From Rhizophagus irregularis (taxonomy: Eukaryota): DNA of 64,000 bases. A program made the position numbers and the translations under genes. Shown piece by piece: positions 27,167-38,144 of the stretch. The notes beneath the pieces are model-generated. The model saw only the letters and a program-made list of their open reading frames with translations, was not told where the DNA came from and made no database searches. Each line of letters starts with the position of its first letter. Within the stretch, counting starts at the first letter, position 1. The stretch spans positions 5,084,001 through 5,148,000 of the forward strand of contig NC_089434.1 in NCBI RefSeq assembly GCF_026210795.1, in the 5' to 3' direction.

Positions 27167-27475
27167 TCAAAATATTAAAGTAACATACGCGTTTAAAGGT
27201 CGCCCCGGCGTTGTAAGTATTTGAATTTCCTCTTCCGTTGCAATTATTTGAAGTTCCTCTTCTTCTTGAGTCGTTATTAAGGTCACATACGCGTTTAAAG
27301 GTTGCCCCGGAGTTGTAATTAATTGAATTTCCTCCTCCTCTTGAGTAATTAAGGTAACATACGCGTTTAAAGGTCGCCCCGTTGTTGTAAGTAGTTGAAG
27401 TTCCTCTTCCTGTGTAGATGTAGAAATACGACCTCGACCTTGAGCTTGAGCAGGCGATTGAAGGGAAGTGTCCAT
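27167..27475 (-). CDS. Short ORF made of 3 tandem repeats EEE(L/I)Q(L/I)(L/I)TT(P/T)G(R/Q)PLNAYVTL; function unknown, possibly TE-derived
   Basis: ATG-started 102-aa ORF; DNA repeat acatacgcgtttaaaggt(c/t)gcccc at ~27183, 27285 and 27357; TATA-like run ~140 bp upstream. Confidence 0.35.
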   Translation of the reverse strand: MDTSLQSPAQAQGRGRISTSTQEEELQLLTTTGRPLNAYVTLITQEEEEIQLITTPGQPLNAYVTLITTQEEEELQIIATEEEIQILTTPGRPLNAYVTLIF

Positions 27476-27889
27476 ATTTATAGTTTATAGATAGTAGAAA
27501 TAGTAGAAAAATAGAAAAAATGATTTTGATGATTTTGATGGATAAAAACAAGAGTAGTTCGAGTATGGATGTTTTCAAGAAAACAAAATTATTGTCCGGA
27601 AGGGGCGGAAGGGGCTATATATATATGTTTGCGCGTCAGTCGCGTCACGTCAATAAAATTGAAATATAAAAAATATAAACAAGTTAAAATAGAAAAACGC
27701 GATCACGTCGTGAAATTTAATTATATAGAAACTGTGCCCAAAGCAACTAGATCAGATTATCGGTCGCGTACATCTTTTTTCTTATAATAATAAAAAATAA
27801 ATGCCGTACAAAAACAATAAATGAACAACTATATTATTTTTTCAACAATAAACCTCTACTCTTATTACTCTTATGACATTAAAATTAAC

Positions 27890-29110
27890 TTTCCAACCTT
27901 TTACAAAATTTGATTCGTTTGAGTCTTTCAAAACTGAAGGGACTAAAGAGAAGATCCTCTAAAGCACACCCGAGATACTGCTACAAAAGAAAGACCTGCA
28001 GCAAACTCTTTCATTCCAAGATCTATTTAGCTTTTGGTTAAGTGAGTCCCTGACTTTTGTGCATAATTTCACCCCTTCTAACTTCTAACCTTTGCCGTAA
28101 CCGTTTTAATCGTCCCCCATTTATTGTTGCTATTACATATTGGTATAGATAATGCAGAGTGAACTGTCCTCCCTCTGATATTGAAGGCCGACAACCCCGT
28201 TGGTGCAAGTACAAGTAGTGGAGTCTTAGTCTCGTTACCTGCCATTTCGTGAAGCATGTTTCGGATCGCCATGATAAGGTATGATTTTCCTGTTCCCGCT
28301 GTTCCCATGATTATTGTTCTTAGTGGTTCGGTCTGGGGGGTTTGTAAGCAAGCATGCTGTGATAATGCAATTTTATTCTCTTTAATATCATCTGCTGTTT
28401 TTCATTCAGGATATCATAATTCACAATGCCCACACAACGATTTTCATTTTCTTCGTTATCCCGCTAATCTCCAGTTGCCTGTTGCAAAAAATTATTAGCA
28501 TCTGCGAGATCCGAATCATCATAATGTTGTTTGCCATCATTAACCCAATCATGGTTTCGATCCATATCGCGGGTTCCCAGGTCAGATGAACACTCTATGT
28601 TGCATTTGGTCTCATCTCCGCGAGAATCGTCCAATCGAGTCTGATCATCTTCGTTTTTTTCTTCCATTAGTTCTTCCTCCTCAGCAATTTCTTCTTCATT
28701 ATCTACAGCCGGTCCAAGCAAGTCATAATCTCTTCGATGAAACGATCATACAGTGTTGACCAACCGATATCGCCATTTTCAGTCAGCTGTTCGATATTTC
28801 TTGTGCCAAACGTGAAGGAGGATCTTTACTCGGCAGAATTCCTCTCACTGAGATCCTTTTTGCATTTCTTCCAATGACCGTTAGAATTCTGCAGGTCTAT
28901 TCCAATAATTTTTCAAAGGTGATTGTCCTGTACTTCCAACATCATCGCCCAGGCTTGTTCCTTCAACTTCTTCCCTACTTCCTGTACCATGATGCCACCG
29001 CGGTGAAGGTTTAATGTAATAAATGTTCGACTTGAATGATATAAAGGGATGCCGAGAAGAAGATTATCTGTCTCTTGAGCTGAGATATCACGCTCAGAAA
29101 CGCTGTGGAT
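27890..29110 (-). pseudogene. Helitron-type Rep/PIF1 helicase remnant, internally deleted
   Basis: ERDISAQE..LLLGIPLYHSSRTFITLNL (~29100-29010); EEFCRVKILL (~28845); Walker A IIMGTAGTGKSYLI and LAPTGLSAFNIRGRTVHSAL (28320-28140); C-terminal AGLSFVAVSRV..LLFSPFSFERL (~28000-27920). Central helicase motifs absent; multiple frameshifts. Confidence 0.88.
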
Positions 29111-31625
29111 TGACTATTCATCTTTAGTTTTACTTCGTTTTTTCGCGTCTTTGAGAATCGCGTCGCAAAACCTGATCGTTTCGTCTCATCGTGTTTTTAC
29201 TCTATTCAATATGCGCGATTTCGAATTACTTTAATTATTTTATCCATTTACAGCCTGCACACATGATCAATTTTTACCTTAGCAAAAGACGCACGTTTTA
29301 TTATTTATTACTTTAGAAAAAATTTTATCCTTTTACAGTTTACCCACATGTTCAATCATTATACAAATAGCAAAAGAATTTACACAATTTGCATGTAAAA
29401 ATGTAATAAAATAACTTTAATTTAAATTTTTATAAGAATACAATGATTTGAATATTTAGTAAAATACTATTCTATAACCAACCAAAATCCATAAAATTTC
29501 CTGATCATTTGCAGATCATGTGAATTTTCGCTCAGGACTCTCATTTCCTAGTATATAGTATATTTAAACCTTACATATTTCTTATATTTTTTTAAAGGTT
29601 AAAATTATATGCTTTGTATATTTCTATATAATTTATTTATCTAATTATTTTTTTATAAAATATTTTTTTTACTTTTGTAAAAATTACATATAAAATTTAA
29701 ATTATTTGTATAATTTCATATATAATTTTAAATAAATATATTTGTAAAGGTTAAAGATAAAGATAAACAAGTGTTAAAAAGTATAATTATTAAATTAATA
29801 GCATATAGGTTCTTAAAAGATGAAATAATAAAGAAAAGAATTATTAAAAGATATTGTAAAAGAACCCAAATATCTCTCAAATAACTCAAAAAAAATTTAT
29901 AGTAAAATGCATTTTTAGCAATAATTCAGTCAATATTAATGCTAAAATATGATTTACTACCATTGGATTTATCTTATTAAAATGAATCCTAAATTTGTTA
30001 AAATCCAATTACTGAATTGCTTAGCTTAAATACAGGAATATATAAGTTAAAAAATTTTGAAAATACTCTTAAAATAGAAATGCTGGGTAAAACTGAAATA
30101 TTTAGTCATTTGATAAAACTGAAATAGTTTAGACATTTAAAACTAAAAGACAAAATGCTAAAATTCAATATTCCATGGTATTTCTATAGATTTTTCATAA
30201 ATTTCCATGGTTTTTTAATTATAATAATTACTTAAAAAAATAAATTTTTATTAAAATATAATATTTTTTAAAAAGAATTTATAAAACTATTATAAATATA
30301 ATTAATTTTATATATTTTTATAATAAAACTATAATTTTATATAATTACAATTAAAATTAAAAATTATTATTATATAGTTTAGTTAATGACAAAACTGAAA
30401 CTAGTTGGTGATGAAACTAAAATTTTTGCCAAAAAAAGTTTAGGCAGACATCACTATCTTAAAATACACAATTCTAACTAGAATTAATATTTAAATTCTA
30501 TAAAAACTCTAATATAAGTTGTATGAAAGATGTTTGGAATCCTATTATAAGTATAAATAAAAAAAGGATTTAAAAATTCAACAAAAAACATTAATATTTG
30601 CAAAAGCTTAAAAAAAATTGAATTAAAAATAAAAAACCTATAGTAATAAATAATAAAAAAGATTTTAAAAATAAAGTTAAAAAGTTATTAAAATATAAAA
30701 ATGTTATATTAGCAATTATAGAAAAAATAAAATACATAAGATGTTAATATTGTGTGTTAGATGTCAATTTGTGTCAGATAATAACTGCATATTTTAAAGA
30801 AGGAAATTTCCACCAATATAAATCCAAACGTGTTGAAATTTTAGCATTATATATTTAAAAATGTAATGAACTAATTTACTTAGACAATCAAGGCACATTA
30901 AAACTGAAAAATTTTATGTTTAATTATAGCTAAAATTTTGAATAATATTATCTGCAATATATAATTCAGCATTAATGGTATTTACTTGAAATTTTCAGGA
31001 TATATGCAAATAATTATGATGCACAGATTTACTTATAAAATAAAAGATAATTTAATTAATAAATAAAAATGTTTACTTATAAGAAACTATTCAAAATTGG
31101 CATCTTATGCACATTAGCTGTCATCTGACGCAAATCGACACCTAAAGATGGTCATCAGTTCTAGAAGACCGCGATCCTACGGTCCTACACCATAAAAAGA
31201 CAGACTGGTCCATCTTAGTGTAGGACCACGGTCTTTCAATTCTGTATCACATATAATAAGACCGTCAGTCTTTTTAAGGACTGCAAGGACCCCAGAAATA
31301 CTTATATAGGTAAGTCCCAAAAATATTTTTTATTAGTAGCTCTAAGCATAGGTTTTTACTATGATCGCTAAGCATTGTTGATATCTAACCTTAAAAATTA
31401 TATAAAAATAAGCAAATCAATCTTCTAACCTAATTAAATTTTTATTATAACACATATAATTTATAAAATATATTTATTAATTAATATATTTTATTAAATC
31501 CAATTTTAAATATGTTGTGAAGCTAAACTAAACATAATATACAAGTAGATTAATAATATTCAATTAATAAAGTTAATAAACAGTAAAAGAAAATTCGAAA
31601 TTAATACTATTACAAAAAATGTAAA

Positions 31626-32295
31626 TTTCTCCATAAGTATTATACTTACACCCATAAAAATTAATATGTAGGTAGTTTCGACCTTGCTGAACAATTTTCA
31701 ATTAATTTAGAAAGTCGATTTCATTTGACCAAAGAGGTGTAATTACGCGTTGAAGTTGTAAACGGAGAAACGAAAAATTCGGAAGTTAGTACCGTTATGA
31801 AAAATGCACTTTTCTCCATAAGTATTATACCCACACTCATGAAAATTAATATATAAGTAGTTTCGACCTTGCTGAACAATTTTCAATTAATTTAGAAAGT
31901 CGATTTCATTTGACCAAAGAGGTGTAATTACGCTCTGAAGTTGTAAACGGAGAAATAAAAAATTCGGAAGTTAGTACCGTTATGAAAAATGCACTTTTCT
32001 CCATAAGTATTATACCCACACTCATGAAAATTAATATATATAAGTAGTTTCGACCTTGCTGAACAACTTTCAATTAATTTAGAAAGTCGATTTCATTTGA
32101 CTGAAGTGGTGTAATTACGCTCTGAAGTTATAAACGAAAAAGTGAAAAATTTAAAAGTTATTACCGTTAAAAAAAATATGCTTTTCTATATAAATATCAT
32201 ACTTAGCCTTATGAAAATTAAAATACAAGTAGATTTAACTTGCTGAACAAACTTACTTAAACATAAAAGATAATTTGATATAACCAAAGTGGTGA
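31626..32295. repeat. ~185-bp tandem repeat, ~3.6 copies
   Basis: Units start at ~31626, 31811, 31996 and 32182 (tttctccataagtattatac...gtagtttcgaccttgctgaacaa...ggtgtaattacgc...). Confidence 0.92.
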
Positions 32296-32815
32296 GTAGT
32301 GAAATTATATTTTAAAGTAAAACATATTTATAGTAATTTTATTTAACAAAATAAACATGTATAATATAGTAATTTTATATTAAAAATAATACACTGAGTT
32401 TAATAAAAATTCAAAAGATACTATTGACAGATAATTAATAAAACATTGAAAAAAAAAATGAAATTTTATCAAAAAAAAATTTTTGTTTATCTAAATATTT
32501 AAAAACACTGCAATCACGTGGGCGTTATGTTTAGACTACCCACATAAATTAACCATTTACAATTGTGTGACCACATCAGATCTTGATATTTATGTATATA
32601 TAACGCATCAAAAATAATTACGCGTTTAGTCATTTCCTTTCTCCTTTTTCTTAAAAAAAAATAAAAAAAGCGCAGTGAAAAAAACGAAAAAGAAACGAAA
32701 AGAAAGAAGAACCAAAAAAAGTAAACAAAAAAAAAAAAAAGAAAAAGAAAAAGAAGTTAGAAATAATTTAGAAAATGAAAAAAAAAACAAACAAAAAAAA
32801 AAGAAAAGGACCCAC

Positions 32816-34681
32816 CTGTGTGTAAAACTGAAATGCTAAAGTGCCGAAGTAGCTGAAGAAAGAACTGGGACCTAAGAGGAAATAAGTTAGAACGAAGCAA
32901 AAATGAAAAAGAAAACAAATATAAACAAAAAAGAACCCACCTTAGAACTGAAATGTGAAACTGAATGCCAAAGCGCCGAAGTTGTCAAAGAAAGAACCAG
33001 GACCTAAGAGGAAAGAAGAGTTTGTTAGAACGAAAAGAACAAAGCAACAAAGAAACAAAATAACAAAGAAACGAAAAAAAAGACATACCTTCGAACTGAA
33101 GAGCTGAAATGCCAAAGAACCGGGACCTAAGAATAGAGAAAATTTAGAATGAAAAGAACGAAAACAACAAAGAAACGAAACAAGAACAAAATAAGAACAA
33201 AACAAAAACAAAACAAAAACGAAAAGAACAAAATAAGAATGAAAAGAACAAAACAAGAACGAAAAAAATGAAAAAAATGAAACAAGAATAAAAATAATGA
33301 AACAAGAACAAAAAAAACGAAAAAGAACGAAAGGTTAGAACAAATGAAAAAAAATGAAAAAAAAGTAAAAACAAAAAGAAAAAACAACTCACCCATATGT
33401 GCCGTCTTCCGTTAAAGATTCACAAATCAAGAGCCGGGACCTAAAAAGAAAGAAAGAAAGGTTAGAACAAACGAAAAAGAAGAATGAAAAAGAAAAAAAC
33501 AACTCACTCGCGTGTGTCATCTTCTGTTAAAAATTTGCAAATTAAGAGCCTGGATCTAAAAAGAAAGAAAGGTTATAACAAATGAAAAAAAACGAAAAAA
33601 AAGCCGAACAAAAAGAAAAAAACAACTCACCCGTATGTGCCGTCTTCCGTTAAAGATTTGCAAATCAAAAGCCGGGACCTAAAAAGAAAGAAAGATTAGA
33701 ACAAATGAAAAAGAACAAATGAAAAAGAGGAACAAAAAAGAAGAAAACAACTCACCTGTGTGTGCCATCTTCTGTTAAAGATTTGCAAATCAAGAGCCAG
33801 GACCTAAAAAGAAAGAAAGGTTAGAACAAACGAAAAAGAATGAAAAAGAAAAGCAAGAGCGAAAAGAAAAAAACAACTCACCCGTATGTGCCGTCTTTCG
33901 TTAAAGATTCGCAAATCAAGAACTGAGGCCTAAGAAGAAAGAAAGGTTAAAACAAACAAAAAAGAAGAATGAAAAGCAAAACAAAAAAGAAAATAACTCA
34001 CCCGTATGTGCCGTCTTTTGTTAAAGATTCGCAAATCAAGAGCCAGGACCTAAAAAGAAAGAAAGGTTAAAACAAATGAAAAAGAAGAACGAAAAAGCAA
34101 AACAAAAAAGAAGAAAATAACTCACTAGTGTATGCTGTCTTCCATTAAAGATTCGCAAATCAAGAGCCAGAACCTAAAAAGAAAGAAGGGTTAGAACAAA
34201 CGAAAAAGAACGAAAAAGAAAAGTAAAAGCGAAAAGAAAAAACAACTCACCCGTATGTGCCGTCTTCTGTTAAAGATTCACAAATCAAGAGCCGGAACCT
34301 AATAAGAAAGAAGGGTTAGAATGAACGAAAAAAAAAGACAAAGGAAAAAAAAGAAAAGAACGCACCTTAGAAGAGCCGAAATGCTGAAGAGCCAAGTCCT
34401 AAAAAGAAAAGAAGCCTTCCATTAAAGATCCAAGCCGAAACCTAAGAAGAAAATGGAGTTAGAATGAATGAAAATGGAAAGGAAAAAGAAAAAAGACGCA
34501 CCTTAGAACCAGAGAGCTGAAATAATCAATAAGGAAAATAGTCCAGAAGTCTCTAAAGGGCGCTAAAAAAAAAGACAATAAAGAACGTTAGGAAACGTTC
34601 TTAAATGAAATTAACGAAAAAAATAAAAAAAACCCCTACCTTTTCATTTTTAGGGGTCCGATTTCGTCTTTAGGGGCATTT
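32816..34681 (-). other. Tandem micro-exon/intron array (~14 exons; eight 48-nt copies); spliced transcript of unknown coding status
   Basis: 48-nt exons at 33393-33440, 33508-33555, 33631-33678, 33756-33803, 33882-33929, 34002-34049, 34126-34173 and 34251-34298. Each has a GTGAGT donor and a branch-like (C/T/A)TAA(C/T) + pyrimidine tract + TAG acceptor. Further exons at 34640-34681, 34502-34562, 34366-34441, 33089-33126, 32941-33003 and 32816-32871. Confidence 0.75.
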
Positions 34682-35654
34682 CTATGAGAATTAACTAAAT
34701 GAATGTTAAAAAACGTTCCTAAACAAATTAAAAAAAATTAAAAAAAAAATAGATATCGATAATCTAATTATAATAAACCGCCAATAAAAAAAATTCTAAC
34801 TTATCATGTGATAGGGTTGAGGGCGGTGAATATATAGTTAGACCAGATTTACAGGTAAATAGGCCAATTTTTTATAAGTTATTTGTTTGGAACTTTAGGT
34901 GGTGGGTTTTGGAATAATATCATAAACATTGCAAAATGGAAACTTCAATTTTGATTTTTCACCTTTGCTATTTTTTTGTATTTTACATGTAGCACTAATA
35001 ATGTACAACAAAAAATTTTTTTAAAATAAAATAATAAATATAAACAAATGTTTTTTTTTGAATAAAGTTGTGTTTTAACTTTTAATATTGTTAGTGAAAG
35101 TATTAGTTGGGAAATGCGAAATTCAAAAAATGGAGTTTTTTATTATCATTGATTTTCATTATATGTGAATCGGCAATTAACTGTTAACGTAGTTAACAGG
35201 TGAATACTAGTGTATTTATATAAAATTGTGAAATGTAGTACAAAATTAACACTCATTGTTAGTGAAAATAAAATAAAAATTAATTATAAATTCAATATAT
35301 AATATTTTAAAAAGTTATATAAATATGAAAAATAAGCAACTAAAAACTCTTAGTATTTTAAAATAATACCAAAAATATGCAATTTAATTATCTTACATAG
35401 TATAAAATTTTCTTAAAATTAAGCATTATAAAATTCTTACATCATAAAACTTTACTATGTTGGCTAAACACCTTGGTACCTTACATATATAAGCATTTTC
35501 CGGGATCCTGACTGCAGTCTTTTTAAGACTGATCGGTCTTTTTTCTTTTTTTTGCAAATAAAAAAAGATTTTCTCCCCTAACTTTATTAGGAATAGCCTT
35601 GTTTTATAAATGAACACTAATTGGAATGATTTTTAATATAAATTTTTTTTTTAC

Positions 35655-36030
35655 AAATTACCTGGACGGATATCATCATAACGTCATGCAAAATTTAAAA
35701 CTTTGAGAAAAATACTTCAAAACGCAATATCTCGCTATTCAGTGATTATAAAAGGATAATTTTACCACCATTCAAATCATCTCGTCGAATGGTATCAAAA
35801 TCATGATTTTAGAATCGATAAAAAAAAATTACGTCAGCAAAACTATTTGATAATAAATTCAATAATTACCAATTATCTATCGATCCTAGAAACATAATTT
35901 AGTTACCATTCAACGCGTCTCACTGAGATGATTCGAATGGTGGTAGTTTTATCCTTTTATGATCACTGGATGACGAGATATTCTGCTTAAATGCTTTTTT
36001 TGAAGTTTTAAAGTTTCAGCGTTTTGACAA
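35655..36030. mobile_element. Palindromic MITE-like insertion (D) inside B1
   Basis: Inverted arms aatatctcgctattcagtgattataaaaggataattttaccaccattc / gaatggtggtagttttatccttttatgatcactggatgacgagatatt. Absent from sister copy B2. Ends approximate. Confidence 0.55.
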
Positions 36031-36403
36031 GCAACTCTACAAGTGGGAAGAGTGATTGTCATTATTTATTGGTTTGGAAATGGCCAGTCTTTATATTATT
36101 TTATGAAGACCTTTGTCAGATTAATAGGTTTATTCAATATAAAAATCATTTATTATATGAAGACCGGTATGAGGACTGGTCGGTCTACAGGACCAATCCT
36201 ACTGCGTCACAAAAAAATGCAAGACCGTGATCTGGTCCTACAAGTCCTGAGACCAACCAGTCCAGAACCGAGTAGGACCGGTAGGGCCGATGACCATCCT
36301 TATCGACACCTGACACACAACATTAATATGAAAGTAAAGTATAAAAGAAATATTAAGTATTAAACTGAATAATATAATATTAAAAAATAGGAACTGTTAT
36401 AAA

Positions 36404-37419
36404 TAAAGATAATTATTGGTTCTACCAGTCCTAATCAGTCCCAGAATTTATAAGATTAGACCATGGTCTTTCACTTTTCTCTGATGCAGTAGGACTGATT
36501 TTGAGACTGATCTGGTCTTTGTATCGGTTTTTATATATAAATGATTTTATACTAAATAAAGTTATTAACTTAATGAAAATCTTTATAAAGGAATAAAAAG
36601 ACCAACCAATTTTGATAATCACAAATCAATAAATAAAGGAAATCATTTTTCCTATTTACATGCCTATTGAAAAATCCTATAAATTTATACAATTAATGTC
36701 TATTTATAAAGCTAATAAAGTAATTGAAAAAAATTATTATTCGCAGAAAAAAGAAAAAAGAAAAAATACTGATCAGTCTTAATTCTTAAAACTGTGATCC
36801 TTGAAAAGACTGATGGTCTTATTGTATATGTTGCAAGACCAAAAAATCGCAATCCTATACACAGGTCAAAAAGTGAAAAATCAGGCATCAATCAGTCATC
36901 AATCGGTCACCAATCAGGTAATTGATTGGTGACCGATTGGTAACTGATTGGCATTTTTGCCAAATATCGTCACCAATCAGGCAGTTTGCTAACTTTTGAT
37001 CTAGTGATCAGAAAAGAATGAAATATAGCTCATTGGAATCGTCTCAACAAGACGAATCTAATAGTAGTAAAATCGCATCTCTAGGATTAATAGTTAATAA
37101 AAAATTAAATAAAATATAAATGATACATTTTTATTTTTATATTTTACTTAATTTCTCATCAAGTATTAATTCTAGAAATGTGATTTTACTACCATTAGAT
37201 TCTTCTTGTTGAGACGATTCCAATGAGCTATATTTCATCCTTTTCTGATCACTAGATCAAAAGTTTGATTGGTGACGGTATTTGGCAAAAATGCCAATCA
37301 GGCACCAATTGGTGCCTGATTTTTCACTTTTTGACCTGTGATATCAAGACAGACTGGTCCATCTTTTTAAGATGTAGGACTGCAAGACTGTGATCTTTTA
37401 GGACCGATGACTATTTTTA
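36404..37419. mobile_element. Second, inverted and more decayed copy of the hAT-type element (B2)
   Basis: 36420-36640 is the reverse complement of B1 36050-36290; 8-bp TSD gttataaa (36396-36403, 37420-37427); degenerate TIRs taaagataattattgg / ccgatgactattttta. Confidence 0.8.
36860..37340. mobile_element. Fold-back MITE with CAC termini (CMC/CACTA-like) nested in B2
   Basis: Perfect TIR cacaggtcaaaaagtgaaaaatcaggca / tgcctgatttttcactttttgacctgtg; 3-bp TSD ata; almost the entire element is an inverted repeat. Confidence 0.9.
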
Positions 37420-38144
37420 GTTATAAAAAACTAAAATTGCAATTTTATTAATTTTATTGAATGAAGATTATATAGTAGATTTACATGATTGATTCTTTTT
37501 CATAATATATAAACATATATTATTCTTTGCTTTATTCTGAATAATTAAAATATAAAAGATTAAAAACTGAAATAAATTCATATCTGATATAATAAAAGTA
37601 AAATTAAAAATAATTAAATGACTATATTATATATAAAAAAAAGTAAAAAGAAAATTTAAAAATATTGAAGAAATTTAAAATATTATGATTATAATAATTA
37701 TAAAATATATATAAATAATAATAATATAGAAAATTAAATAAATATAAAAATAAAATTAATCCTGAAATTGAAAAAGATATAAATATAATAATTTTAAATT
37801 TGTATAAAAATTTAAATTCAAATAATACTTTGCTAAAAATAGATAAAATTTTGAAATTATTTAAATATTATTTTGTTATTATTACGATAACTTTTTGTAA
37901 ACCATCTTGAAAGATCTTATAATACAATTTCAAAAAAATTGAAATACTTATGTTATATTTTTATAATAGTTTTGAAATTATTTTGTAATAATTAAATTAA
38001 ATATATTATTAATTTGAAATTATTTTATTAAGAATTTGTAATATTTTAGTAATATTTTAATTAATAATTTAAAATTATTTTAATTTATTATTGCGATTAT
38101 TATTATACCACAATATTACAATACATACATCATACTAATCTAAA

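Larger units (their letters stand above)
31286..35509. mobile_element. 4.2-kb non-autonomous TIR element (C) with 7-bp TSD; carries a 185-bp repeat array and a micro-exon array
   Basis: Left aggaccccagaaatacttatataggtaagtccc vs reverse complement of the right end aggatcccggaaaatgcttatatatgtaaggtacc. Flanked by gactgca (31279-31285, 35510-35516). Removing it restores sequence collinear with sister copy B2. Confidence 0.78.
31143..36302. mobile_element. Non-autonomous hAT-type element (B1), enlarged by nested insertions
   Basis: TIRs taaagatggtcatc / gatgaccatcctta; exact 8-bp TSD tcgacacc (31135-31142, 36303-36310); ggac/gtcc-rich subterminal repeats. Confidence 0.85.
30741..36329. mobile_element. 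Small TIR element (A) split by later insertions
   Basis: Left atgttaatattgtgtgttagatgtcaatttgtgtcagat is the inverse of the right end reconstructed across the insertion (atctgacgcaaatcgacacc|tgacacacaacattaatat). TSD not found. Confidence 0.65.

Noticed and set aside
32942..33396. Phe/Leu-rich ORFs in the ORF track (apparent membrane proteins)
   Set aside because: Artefacts of reading T-rich intron sequence in three frames.
33380..34320. CRISPR-like repeat/spacer appearance
   Set aside because: The 'spacers' are low-complexity A-rich sequences related to each other, there are no cas genes, the context is eukaryotic, and the repeat borders coincide with spliceosomal signals on the minus strand.
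36024..36622. Three short ORFs
   Set aside because: They lie in the subterminal non-coding parts of hAT-type copies B1 and B2.
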